NCBI RefSeq assembly: GCF_006345805.1
Contig: NC_042997.1
Span: 103,354,001-103,418,000, forward strand
From: Octopus sinensis
Lineage: Eukaryota
Direction: 5' to 3'
Length of the DNA stretch: 64,000 nt
This document shows positions 39,369 through 52,480 of the stretch, in pieces. Below the pieces are notes generated by a model. It had not been told where the DNA came from, made no database searches, and saw only the letters and a list, made by a program, of their open reading frames with translations. A program made the position numbers and the translations under genes. The first letter of the stretch is position 1. Every line of letters starts with the position of its first letter.

Positions 39369-40046
39369 TATATTTGTATATGTGTGTGTGCGCATACATA
39401 CATATAATATATATATACATACATTAATATATATATATATAAACATATATATATGTATGTGCGAATGTGTGCATGAATATTATATATATATATACATACA
39501 CACACACACACACACACTCATTCACACACACAAACACATATCTTCACTGATTATTATCTTTTACGTTTTTCAATAAAACATTCTTATATTGCAAAATCTG
39601 ATCTCCCACACATAACACAAACATTTCTTTCTTATATTTCTTTTCATTTGTTTCCCTCCACACATTCTCTCCTTTCAAAATAAGTCCTGCCTATCCATTT
39701 TGATTGCATATACTTATTCACATTTTCTCCTTTCAAAATAAGTCCTGCCTATCCATTCTGATTGCATGTACTTCAGGAAGCTAAAATAAATATTATGGTT
39801 GAACTAAATTTACTTTAAACATCATACACGATATTTTTTTATTATGATTGTCCACTTTTGTGTCGGCAAAATTAAAAAAAGGTAAAACAGACTTCCTGAT
39901 TCTGTTTGTGTATGGAGCAGTCTCTGAGTAAGCATATGTATAAATGTTAGCATTTTGTTCGTAAATATCATCAAGTCACTAGCTGCATGTTATCATATTA
40001 TTCAAGTTTTTTTTTTTTTAAACTATACAATGGACAAGCATGTATG

Positions 40047-40080
<34 letters not shown>

Positions 40081-40415
40081 TGCATGCATGCATGTATGTA
40101 TGCATGCATCCATGTATGTATGTATGGATGTGTGTATGCATGAATGTATTATATATGTATAAACATATGTATGTGCGCATGCATTAATGTACGTATAATA
40201 CGCCACACTTAGTTGGTAATTATACGTATGTATGTATGTATGTATGTATGTATGTATTTATGTATGTATATATGTATGTGATAAGAAGTATGCTTCCCAG
40301 CCACACGATTCCGATTTCAGTCCTACTGCGTGGCATCTTGGGCAAGTGTCTTCTACTATTCATACATATGTGTGTGTATGTCCCCAAAATAAGGAAATGA
40401 AGTAGATAAAATCCA

Positions 40416-40576
40416 GGCTACATATGTTTCATAACAAGCAGAACCTGGGAAGTAGTAATGATCCAAATGAGGGGTAATCCTCTTGAGGGACGGCCCGGCG
40501 AGTAGCTAGCGGATTACCCCTCGTTTGGATTAATAACTACTTCTGCAGTTCTACAAGTTATGAAACATATGTAGCC
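40416..40576. mobile_element. 161-bp hairpin/MITE-like element
   Basis: Perfect 20-bp terminal inverted repeat ggctacatatgtttcataac, 65-bp arms and a 30-nt GC-rich loop. Confidence 0.7.
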
Positions 40577-40792
40577 CTTTCTAACTATGTGACTTATGAT
40601 TAATATTCAATGCTTATATATAATTATATTAAAGGGTGCGGATGAACCCCATCAACCTGTGCTAACGGAGTGCAGATGTGCTTTTTAGAGCCATTTGGCG
40701 TCTATTTCTAGCTTGATCGAGGGGTTTATCACCACCATTTAACATATTTATATTATATTATTATAAATTAGTATATATATATATGTGTGTGC

Positions 40793-40880
<88 letters not shown>

Positions 40881-41396
40881 GTATATTATATATATATATA
40901 TATATTATATATATATATATATTATATATATAATTAATAATTATAATTGCATTTATTTCTATGCTGTATTTGTTTTCCGTGAAAGTTTGGCGCGCTGTTG
41001 GTTGGGGCATTTGAATTATAACGTCGGATGTAATCAATTGAACCACACGCGTATTTATCGTTTGGTAAAATCTGGCGTGTGATTGAGTGGATTTATCCAG
41101 ATAGTCTTGGCTGACGAGCTACAAATGTATTTTTTTGTAAGTAATATTACATTTAATTCATTAATAGCGAAACAATTGTCCCAAAATAATCTGTATTTTT
41201 GTTATTTTTAACTTGCCCTGTCCGTGTGAGCTAACAGTCGTACTGGCTTTCATGGGAAACATGTATTTTCGTGGTTGAAACCTTTTGGATTAACTGGTGC
41301 TAGAGTGAGCAATATAGTGACCACTCTCTTATATTTATTTTATATAATATATATATATATAATATATACATATACATATATATTATATATATATAT

Positions 41397-41429
<33 letters not shown>

Positions 41430-41512
41430 GATATATATATATATATCTATATTAATAATATATATATAGTAATATATATAATAATATACATATACATATT
41501 TATATATAATAT

Positions 41513-41576
<64 letters not shown>

Positions 41577-41582
41577 GAATTG

Positions 41583-41705
41583 GAGATAAAACCACTGAGT
41601 GCATAATAGTGGTTTTATCTCTAATTCATATTTTATATATTTATACTGTAAATTTGATTTATACTAAATTGAATTTTTCCTGTAAGTTTGGAGTCATACT
41701 CCCTA
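41583..41705. mobile_element. Foldback element copy 2 (centre collapsed)
   Basis: agataaaaccact-gagtgcataat-agtggttttatct followed by the ...ggagtcatactcccta end. Confidence 0.7.
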
Positions 41706-41720
41706 ATATTATATAATATA

Positions 41721-41775
<55 letters not shown>

Positions 41776-42350
41776 AGTAGTTATGTATATATGTATATAT
41801 TCATATGCACATATGTATATATATGTGTGTGTGTGGTGGGTGTATAAAGTATATGCCTGCATGACTGTATGTGTGTAATGTATATCCATTTATGTGTATT
41901 CGAATTGTGACTGTAATGCAAATGGGCACGGGAAATTGCGGGTTACCTGCTTTTTCCTTGCAGAAATTTCACTTTGTTTTGTTAATGTACTTAGCAAATA
42001 TTTTCTGCCCTAAATATAAGATGTAACACCATTGTCAAAATCATTGATTTGTCTTTTCAGTCGTTAAAAAATCAATCAATTTTAAAACTAACTTTTATCC
42101 TTTGTTATTGACTTTTTGATGTTTTATGATCAATATCACGTGGTGTGTTTATGTTCAGTACCACGTAAGCCATTATATATACATACATACATACATACAT
42201 ACCATACATACATACATACATTCATACATAATACATACACATACATACATACATACATACCATACACACACACACACACACCATCAACATACATTACATA
42301 CATACATACATACATCATACATTCATACAAATACATACATACATACATAC

Positions 42351-42389
<39 letters not shown>

Positions 42390-42601
42390 ACCTACTACAT
42401 ACTACATACATACATACATACATACATCATACATACTACATACATTACATACTAGATATAATATATATATATAAACACAGCTGTGTTGTATCGATCACGA
42501 AACTTTGCAATAGATCCTTGAGTATTCAAATTCAAAAATTGTTTTATCCTATCACTACTAAATTTTGAATATAGGTTGTAAAATTGTTAACTAGCCACCC
42601 A

Positions 42602-42604
<3 letters not shown>

Positions 42605-42697
<93 letters not shown>
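42605..42697. repeat. (ATCT)n microsatellite
   Basis: About 23 units. Confidence 0.95.
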
Positions 42698-42698
<1 letters not shown>

Positions 42699-44429
42699 AG
42701 ACATTTCTCGTTTTCTGAAAGTTGCTAGATCTTTTGTCCACCAGATTCTGTGTGAGTTAGAGAATGATGGTAGTATATTACTTGTATCAAAGCGTAAAAA
42801 AAACATTCTAAACTCACTGATAATTTTATATCCTCGTTGACACTATATCATACCATCTGCGACTACCGCTTCTTAGTTGTTGACCTATCTTCAGTACATC
42901 GACCTCACTTGGTTTATCTGATCGGTGTATCAGATTAGCCGTAACTGTCAAAAACCCGTCTATTTAGCAGTTTGTATTGAAATGCATGTTATTAGTAATA
43001 CTCAGAATGACCTTACAAATATGCATATGTATACATATACATTCATACATACAGGCACGTATGTACGTATATACATACACACGCGCGTACGTAGGCTCGC
43101 ACGCACACACACACACACACGTGATCACACACATATACACACACACTTATACAGATTGAGTCAATTCAAATGAACAGAACATAAAATCAAGAGGCAATAA
43201 GGGGCCGTGCACAAGGAGTGTATTTCTTTGTCGCTTAGTAAAAATGAGTTTTTGACGTTTCGAGCATTGTTCTTCGTCGGAACGTAGAAAGGAAAAATCT
43301 AAGGAAGGAAAAGAAATCGCCAACAATACGAGTGTATGCATACATATAATGTCATTGATTTATCATTTACCACTACAACATAAGTTTTGTTGATAAAACA
43401 ATATACACTGCCATGCCATCCACAGAAAAAAACTGCCCAGAGTATACATAAACACATATCAAGACATGTAGTTTGCACTTCTGGTAAGCTCAATGTCATA
43501 TAGTCATAGCTGCACATTTAGTAACAGGTGTGTGTTTTATCGATCTGGGAAGTTTGCAATACCAATAGATCTTTTACCTGTTAAATTGAAAATCGTCTGT
43601 TATCTAATCAGTGCTATATTTTGAATATCTCTCCTCTCCATAAGAGCAATTTTTTGAGCCAGAAATAAATGGAATAATTCGTCTTGGTTTTGCTTGGTTG
43701 CCTGTTTATTTGAAACAGAAGCGAAATTTCGATTGAAGCTATCACCTATAGAAGAGGCACTGGTGTGGTTTTGAATAGATTAAAGAAAATATATATGTGG
43801 GTATATGCCACATATATTCATACACATACATACATGCACACAAACATGCAATATATATCATACATATATACTATATACCTACATGTGTGCGTACACATAC
43901 ACGCACACATGCATATATACATTCATACATACAATATGTGTTTGTGTGCGCGTGTTTGTATGTATGTGTACATATGTATTTGTGTGTGTATATGTGTGTG
44001 TGTGTCTGTGTGTGTCGATGTGTAATGGCTTGGCTTTTATCACAGGTTTTCAATAGCGATTTGGCGTTAGTGAGCAACAGTATAACTTGACACTTGAAAC
44101 AAAACCAATTTCTACAAAGAATGTTTATAATTGACTAAATTATCGTGTTTCTGTTTTTATTATGTTTTAGTTAAGAAAGAACGTGGTGTCCATGATCCTT
44201 AACGAGGCCTCTAATATTGACAGGATGGAGGGCTTAATGTATCCCCAAATCGGAGACCTGGTCGGAATATTTGCAACAGAGTGGACGTTACTAAAGACAT
44301 CCAAGGTCCTGGACAATGGTGTTAAACCAGTTTTTAGTTTAAAGTTTCCGCCTAAGTATGCTACAGCATGATTTCAACTCAAAATGCAAAGACCCGGAAC
44401 AAATACTGTAATGCATCCGTTCGACGTTC

Positions 44430-44745
44430 TTACAGTTCCGCCAATCCACCGATTTAATTGGTATTTTTTGTTTTTTATCGACCTCGAAAGGATGGAAAGC
44501 AAAGTTGACCTCGGCGAGATTTGAAGTCAAAGCCCCACATGTTAATACAAATACCCTTTCTACGAATAGGCGCAAGACCTGAAATTTTGAGGGTGGGGCT
44601 AGTCGATTACATCAACCCCAAGCGCTCGACTGGTATTTATTTCGTCATCCCCGTTAAAAGATAAAGTCAACCTCGGCGGAATTTGAACTCAGAACGTAAA
44701 GACTGACGAAGTGCCGCTAAGCAGTTTGTCCAGCTCACCGCCTTC
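44430..44745 (-). mobile_element. Composite family-A SINE
   Basis: tttatcgacctcgaaaggatgg...gaatttgaactcagaacgtaaa...cagctcaccgcc. Confidence 0.7.
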
Positions 44746-44990
44746 ATGGCAACACAAATATCGCAAAGCATTCCACCCGACGTCTTAATGACACTGCTTG
44801 TTTGCTGCGCATAGAGATGGAAAATGAATCTGACCACGCTGACGAAATTAAATATTGCTAACTGTAATTGAATGAAAATAAATATGCTATATCTTTTATT
44901 CTGGTTCTCTGTCGTTCCTTGAATCGTGTAATTACATATCTGGTAATATTCTGCAATTACATATCTAAAAATAATAAATATACCAATTAA

Positions 44991-45126
44991 CCCTTTGAGC
45001 CCTGACCTCCTGAACCTTATTTTACTATATACCGGGCACTCCACCGGTGCTACGGTATAGAGCGGTGCTGCGGTATAGAGAAAAATAAGCCATCCACGGG
45101 TAAACCGGTGTTACGGGTTCAAAAGA
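44991..45126. mobile_element. 136-bp piggyBac-type MITE
   Basis: TTAA|ccctttgagccc ... gggttcaaaaga|TTAA: TTAA TSD, 12-bp imperfect TIRs and internal ccggtg(c/t)tacgg repeats. Confidence 0.7.
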
Positions 45127-46399
45127 TTAATATTGGACGAGATGCCATATAATTTAACAAGAATTGATGAGATTTGATAATTAGAATATCCCGTTTGTTA
45201 GAAATGTAATAGATATTAATGGTTAAACATATCGTTTTAATTCTAACACATTTTCTGGCTATATTCTTATTTCCTTGTCTGTCGTTAGTAAAGACAAGTG
45301 TCATTTGGTATGTGATTTTGTTTTATTTAGTTCCACTGGTAGTGTACACAGCTGGACGTAGCCTATTGTGTGCGCGGCATGCTATTGAAGCCATCTTTAT
45401 TTTAGCTAAGGGTTGTAAAGTCTCAGTTTCCGTGACGTTGTAATTCATGTTTGCTTTAAAGGCAGAGATTTTAAGTTCCTCTAGTTCACACTTCAGTCTT
45501 AAGTAGGTCGACGCCTTGTGAATCAGAAGCTGCAATGACAAAGTTGCTGCGACCAATTGCCATGTGTAGCAAACAGTTTGCTCTGTGGATCTCTATATAC
45601 TTTAATAGCAAAGTTGAAAGCAAAATTTTACCAAACTATAATAGTTCCTATGACAAAAAGAAAAATATTGAATTTCTTGTCCAATGAAATATTGTAACAT
45701 TTTATAGAGTAATAATAAAATCTATAATTTATGAGCACTTGATTAACCGTATCGCTTACACTCTTAGACGACATTGGCTTTTCTATAGAACAAATAATAA
45801 TTAGTGCATACTTTTTCATAATAAGTTAGGTAAGTGACAAAATGCATCAAACCGAAGGTGTAAATGATGGAGGAAGTTCCGGAGAGTTACTGATAAAGAG
45901 GATTGAAATACTAAAGATTGTTTACAGCGTAGTCATGTATAGCAGTCCATGGAAAAACAGTAAGCCTTTCGTTAGATGATCTGTTACTATAAAGCTGTGC
46001 AACTTACCTATTTTCAAGGTGCATATTCTGAATGATTAATCACGAAATAAATATCCGAGTATGAAGACCCTTTCCAACTCTCATGATACATACATACATA
46101 CATACATACATACATTCAATATATATATATATGTGTGTGTGTGTGTATGTGTGTATGTGTGCGTGTATGTGTGTATATATATATAAATGTATGTATATAT
46201 ATATACATATAAATGTATATATATATATATATGTATATATATAGGAAGGGAGTGGGAGAAAGAAAGAGAGATACATAATTAAATAGATATGGGAATATAG
46301 GCACATACGCAGACGTTCATATATTTGTATATGGGTATGAGTGTGTGTGTGTGTGTGTACATATGTTATGTATACGTATATCTACTACATATATGGGAA

Positions 46400-46680
46400 A
46401 TTCTGTCTGTAGGTGTGTTTCTGGAGTTGTTAGCTAACTCCTTCTACATCGTTTTGATTTTCATGAAACTTGACACGTGAGTAGAACTCATATCTGGAAA
46501 CCCCATGGCATACTCAGATTTTTGAAAAATCGATAATAGGGCCCCTGGAAGGGATCCTTATATATATATATCTAATGTACTTTATTTTAAAAACCAAGTG
46601 AAATAACTCATTCACCCCTCGAAGGGATCCTTATATATAGCCAAGGGAAATAACTCATTCATTTTCCAAAATTATTTGGT
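46400..46680 (+). mobile_element. Possible Helentron-derived (DINE-1/HINE-like) non-autonomous element
   Basis: ctgtctgt...gattttcatgaaacttgacacgtgagtag resembles HINE core motifs; internal direct repeats gaagggatccttatatata and aaataactcattc. Confidence 0.35.
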
Positions 46681-47262
46681 AAAAATGAAATTAAGTATGC
46701 TTATTTCTTAGTATATCCAGTACAACCCTTAAACAAGTAAACAGTATTTTCCTAAACAATAGATCCACTTATTTCGGTTAGTGACTTATTCACGAATATA
46801 CCAACACTAGCGCCCCTGAGGGTAATATTCTCTGGGAACGCATAAAAGCCCTTTTCAGAGTTATTTACTTTGAAATATTATCTCATATCTGATTAGCCTG
46901 TTATTACGTAAAATGCGTCACGATTTTAGTATACATACCTAGTATTTCCTCCTAAATTCTATATACTCTGGGAACGCATTAATGCCCTTTTAAGGGATAC
47001 TTTATTTGAATCCTTACTATTGGGTAACTAATTTTATGTTATTACATAATTGACTTCATAATTTGGGTATTTATAACTTATTGGGAATTCCTAAAAACAA
47101 GATCCTGTGTAAGACAGTTCGGTATTCTCTGTAAATACACACAAACCGTTTTAAGGACTACATACTTTGTATTGTTGTTATTGGATTAGCGAAACAATTA
47201 TGAGAACAGAACCAAAGGATAAGCTCCGCTTCCCGGGAATTACCGCGTACATCAGCTAAAGA

Positions 47263-47620
47263 AAAACCACTATTATGTAACTCAAACAATGATAGACATA
47301 AACCAAATCCCAAACCAAAATTAAAATATATTATATAACTAGATCACAAAAAGTACAAAAAAATGAATCAGCAATATATAAGTATTCTTATATAAGTATA
47401 CTTATTATATATTGTTTATTCATTTTATGTACTTTTTGTGATCTGGTTATGTTTTATAATATATTTTATTTTTTTCTTTATGATTTGGTTTATGTCTATC
47501 ATTGTTTGAATTATATGATAGTGTTTTCCTCTAATTTATATATATTATATATTTATATTGTGAAATTTGATTTAATACTAAATTGAATTTTTCCCTGTAA
47601 GTTTGGAGTTATACTCCCTA
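47263..47620. mobile_element. Foldback element copy 3
   Basis: Inverted arms (ctagatcacaaaaagtac / gtactttttgtgatctgg) and the ...gtttggagttatactcccta end abutting (TA)n. Confidence 0.8.
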
Positions 47621-47622
47621 AC

Positions 47623-47711
<89 letters not shown>

Positions 47712-48016
47712 GTGTGTGTGTGTGTGTGTGTGACAATTATTCGGTAGCCATGATAAAACTCCGAGTTTCGGATGTTGGGGCGGAAACCCACGCCGCTATC
47801 TCTTTAGGTATCGGGCCATCGAAATAAATGCTATGGAAATGACAGTTAAAATTACTGTGTGATTGACCGTTATAAAGACAAAAGAGATATTGGAATGACC
47901 GCTAAGTAATGGGAGAGAGTAAAGGTAAGGGAGTAAAAATGTTCATAGTAATCGCGTAAGCGCTCATGTCCATACATACACACGCGCGCCCGCACACCTA
48001 CATACATGCGCCTATA

Positions 48017-48051
<35 letters not shown>

Positions 48052-48195
48052 CTCATCCACCCTCACATGAAACACATACTCACCCACACATTCGCCCAAA
48101 AATATATACATACCCGTATACACGCTCGCACAAAAAGGTTCATACACACGTCTATATACGCACAGGAAAAATGCAGTGTGGAAGTGTATATTTAT

Positions 48196-48233
<38 letters not shown>

Positions 48234-48400
48234 CTTCTGTATACGTGTATATGGATATATACTTGTATATATAATACGTATATAATATATACATGTATAT
48301 AAATGCATGTATATATATACAACGGAATGCATACATACTATGCACTCATACACACACACGTATATATATAAAAATGTGTGTGTATCAAAGCGTAAATATG

Positions 48401-48509
<109 letters not shown>

Positions 48510-48603
48510 ATATAATATATATATATATAAATACACACACATCGCTTGTCTACACTGGTTAAACAAAACATTTTCTTAGGACGTTTTATCTTTAAAACCT
48601 AGA

Positions 48604-48826
48604 CTATTCGAAACAAGAACAATCAGTATCTTTAGGAATATTTTTTCTCAACTGCCTTCGGAAGAAATATCGAATGAGATTAAAAATGGTAAACCAACAC
48701 TTGAACAAAAACAGCAATAGTGTAACGATAGTCAGAACAATTGAAATTATGATGGACCCGAGAATGAGTAGTTGTGTGTCTGTATCATTAATAATTGACT
48801 CTTTTGTTTCCCATGTTTGTAAGTTT
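48604..48826 (-). CDS. Candidate terminal exon encoding a single-pass transmembrane segment
   Basis: Acceptor cccccaccttgtcatttcacgtag|A; open frame NLQTWETKESIINDTDTQ-LLILGSIIISIVLTIVTLLLFLF-KCWFTIFNLIRYFFRRQLRKNIPKDTDCSCFE*. No partner exons were identified. Confidence 0.3.
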
Positions 48827-48995
48827 CTACGTGAAATGACAAGGTGGGGGTAGGTATCGGATATTCTGATTAGAATTATGTGCCTAAAGCTCTGCGTAAA
48901 CATAATGCTTAGCATTGATAAGGCCTTTTTCTTGATGATTTGTTTTATTAATGGGTACAAACCCGCTTCGAATATTTACTGACGGCACGTGTTGG

Positions 48996-49026
<31 letters not shown>

Positions 49027-49069
49027 TGTATGTATGTATGTATATACATACATATTATATATATATTAT

Positions 49070-49138
<69 letters not shown>

Positions 49139-49275
49139 AATGTAGTGTGTGTGTGTGTGAATGTGTGTGTGTGTGTGAATGTGTGTGTGTGTGCATGTAT
49201 ACACGAACTGCCTTACATATGTATTTGTGCATGTGTGTATATATATATGTGTGTGTGTATGTGTGTGTGTGCGTG

Positions 49276-49327
<52 letters not shown>

Positions 49328-49333
49328 ATATAT

Positions 49334-49760
49334 AGGCACAGGAGTCGCTGTGTTATAAGTAGCTTGCTTACCAACCACATTCCGGGTTCAGACCTACTGC
49401 GTGGCACCTTGAGCAACTGTCTTCTACTATACCCTCGGCCTTACTAAAGCCTTATGTGTGGATTTGGTAGACGGAAACTGAAAGAAGCCCATCGTATATA
49501 TATGTGTGTGTGCGTGTGTGTGTATGTGTGTGTGTGTGTGTGGTGTGTGTTTGTGTGACTCTGTTCCCCCACTATTGCTTGACAACCGATGCTGGTGCGT
49601 TTACGTCCTCATCAAAAGAGACTGATAGAATAAGTCTTGATAGAATAAGACTGATAGAATAAGACTTACAATAAGTCCTGGGATCGATTTGTTCGACTAA
49701 AGGTGGTGTTCCAGCATGACGCAGTCAAATGACTGAAACAAATAAAAGAATAAAAGAATA
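49334..49760 (+). mobile_element. Family-B SINE
   Basis: aggcacaggagtcgctgtg...ccgggttcagacc head; aataaaagaataaaag tail. Confidence 0.8.
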
Positions 49761-49804
49761 TATAGCTATATATTTATATGTACATATATACATATGTACA
49801 TATA

Positions 49805-49857
<53 letters not shown>

Positions 49858-50029
49858 TTTGATACTTTGATAGGTTTCGGCCATTATTGGCCCAGGCCAT
49901 GTCTATATATATATATATATTCTGCTGAGGTGGACTTTGCCTTTCATCCTTTAGGGGTCGATAAATTATGTACCATCGGCATGTGTAAACGTTGCTAGAA
50001 ATAACAGTCAAGACATTAAAATATTCATT

Positions 50030-50521
50030 ATGTTGCGGATTGTAGTAGTGCTACGCTCGTACTGCTTCACCATGTCGACTACACGCACACCTTGATTATG
50101 TTTTTCGGCAATTTCTTTCTTTAATTCAATACATATCATCCGCTTCTTCTTCTCACTACTGTTCTTCACAATCACTTTCTTCGGCCCCATAGATGGAACC
50201 ACAATTGCAAGCACAACGTTGATGCTTCTGTAGCCTGCAAATACTAAGTAAGCATTTTACCACCCGTTTAGCTAACGATCCAGTAACGATCTTCGTACAT
50301 GCTAACGCGCTTGCCTATCTAGCTTTCGAGTGAGACACGGGATGCTGGGCGGATGTTACGGCGTTCACTGTGGCGTTTGCTACGCTGACTAGCGGTGGGG
50401 GTATCTGAAGGTGGCTCGTAACTCGAATTTTAGCTCTCAACTCAAAGCAAAAAATCGGCCGACAGGCGGCTCGTATCGCGAAAAACTAGTTAGTTGGGAC
50501 ACTTGTAGGTCAAGGTACCAC

Positions 50522-50523
<2 letters not shown>
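50030..50523 (-). mobile_element. Tigger/pogo 5' fragment (TIR plus transposase N-terminus)
   Basis: TIR cagtggtaccttgacctac at 50523; ATG at 50190 gives MGPKKV...KKKRMICIELKKEIAEKHNQGVRVVDMVKQYERSTTTI (psq/CENP-B-type HTH), truncated. Confidence 0.8.
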
Positions 50524-50555
<32 letters not shown>

Positions 50556-52124
50556 CAGTATCAAAGTAGTTTTATCAAAGTAGTTTTATATTCTATAATT
50601 TTCACAGACAATAAATACAATATTAGTTGTTATTGTCTGTGATTTCGGTGTAATTTGAGAGGAGAATATAAAAGTTATAGATGATTTAGTGATTTACTGC
50701 AAAACCCATGGCGGCCAAAATGATCAGAACGGTTGAAAAATAACAAAATAATCAAAAATGACAGAGAATACTGGAATTATTTAATATTTAGTGTGAAGCC
50801 CTTTAGCTTCAATCACACTCTGACATCTTCGACTGCATGAGGAAATTAAATTTTCAATTTCTTGCTGGGTGATCTTATTCCATTCTTCCTGAAGGGCATT
50901 CCATAATTGCTCAGTTGTTTTAGGATTTCTGGCTTTCAAACGTTCTCCTAGAATATTCCATACATTTTCAATAGGATTGAGATCTGGGCTTTGAGCAGGC
51001 CAATCCATAACAATAACCTTTTCAGCCTTGAGGAAGTTCATGACCACCTTAGCCTTGTGACATGGGGCATTGTCCTGCATGAATATGGGTGGTCGCTTAG
51101 TTGAATTTCTCAGCACAAGCAAGACATGATCTTTTGCAAATTGTTTATAAACTCCTGCATTTACCTTTCCATGTAATCGCACCAAAGGACCCACACCATC
51201 TCCAGATATCATCTCCCAAACTATGACGCTTCCTCCACCGAATTTAACACTAGTCTTAAGGCATTTAGGCAACAATTTGTCACCTACTTTTCTACGAACG
51301 TACCTTTTCCCATCTGAGCCAAATAACATAAACTTAGATTCATCACTGAAATGCACCGTTTGCCATTTTTCTTGAGACCACAACACATGTTCGGTTGCAA
51401 AGGTAAGACGACATTTTTTATTCTTGGAGCTGATCAGTGGCTTCACTGCAGGTGCTCTTGCTTGTAGGTCATGTTCAACTAAACGATGAGACACAGTTTT
51501 TCGAGATAAAGTTTTCCTCAATACAATGCTCATTTTCCGAGAAACAGCAGCAGCAGTTTTAAATCTGTCCTTTTTAACCAACTTTACCATAGCACGATCT
51601 TCTCTCTTGGTCGTTTTTCTTGGCCTACCTGTAAACTTTCCACAATCATCGTAGACCTTAAGAATACCGTGTACAACACTTTTTGACTTGTTAACAATCT
51701 TTGCAATAGATCCAATACTTAAATTATCCTTCCTTCGAAGCTTAATAATCTGCTGACGAATTGGTAACGGAGTAAGTGGCATTATATTAAGAAAGTACAC
51801 TGCAAATATTTTTACTAATGTTTAGTAAACGAACCGTCACGTAAACAAATTCAAAACATTAGAGTTCGCCGGTTAAATATACTAAAACACGGAGTAAAAG
51901 CAACCGTTCTGATCATTTTGGCCGCCATGGGTTTTGCAGTAAATCACAAAATCATCCATAACTTTTGTATTATCCTCTCAAATTACACCAAAGTCTCAGG
52001 CAATAACAAATAATATCGTATTTATTGACTGTGAAAATTATAGAATACAAAACAACTTTGATAAAAAATTATATCTACTTTTCTGACGAAAACAATGCTG
52101 TTCTGAACATTTTGACCGCCACTG
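50556..52124 (-). mobile_element. Tc1-family DNA transposon with long IR/DR-type TIRs
   Basis: Right TIR 51901-52124; left TIR 50556-50735 (outer ~60 bp deleted after CAGT); 47-bp identical inner segments; TA flanks inside (TA)n. Confidence 0.93.
50781..51782 (-). CDS. Tc1 transposase, DD34E, uninterrupted 333-aa ORF
   Basis: ATG at 51782 (MPLTPL..); GRPRK motif; FSDESKF; MQDNAPCH followed 34 residues later by SPDLNPIE. Confidence 0.93.
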   Translation of the reverse strand: MPLTPLPIRQQIIKLRRKDNLSIGSIAKIVNKSKSVVHGILKVYDDCGKFTGRPRKTTKREDRAMVKLVKKDRFKTAAAVSRKMSIVLRKTLSRKTVSHRLVEHDLQARAPAVKPLISSKNKKCRLTFATEHVLWSQEKWQTVHFSDESKFMLFGSDGKRYVRRKVGDKLLPKCLKTSVKFGGGSVIVWEMISGDGVGPLVRLHGKVNAGVYKQFAKDHVLLVLRNSTKRPPIFMQDNAPCHKAKVVMNFLKAEKVIVMDWPAQSPDLNPIENVWNILGERLKARNPKTTEQLWNALQEEWNKITQQEIENLISSCSRRCQSVIEAKGLHTKY

Positions 52125-52174
52125 TATATATAATATATATATATATATATTATATATATATAATATATATATAT

Positions 52175-52209
<35 letters not shown>

Positions 52210-52219
52210 GGGGGGATAG

Positions 52220-52480
52220 TAATTTGTCGCCATTTTATGATTTTAATTACACGCATGCGCATTGATTGTTTTTGATTTTGTTGACTACACAGTGTAGTAG
52301 GGTTAATTGGTTACAATCTGTGAGAAGAGCACCATGATGCAATTCCCTCTGCCAAAATCTCCTTGTAACACCAAAGATGAACTGAAGACAAGGATTATGG
52401 CAGCATTCACCAGCTGAAACAAGGAGACCGTCCAGAAAAGTTGCAGGAGATTCCGAAGTCATCTGGAGGTCTTCTGCTCG
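52220..52480 (+). mobile_element. Internally deleted maT (DD37D) derivative
   Basis: The 3' part tccttgtaacaccaaagatgaactgaag...tccagaa..ttgcagga matches 53895-53985 and is fused directly to a 5' leader. Confidence 0.65.

Noticed and set aside
45219-45556. Overlapping 74-aa and 77-aa ORFs in unique sequence
   Set aside because: No recognisable domain and no convincing donor/acceptor pair; lengths are within chance.
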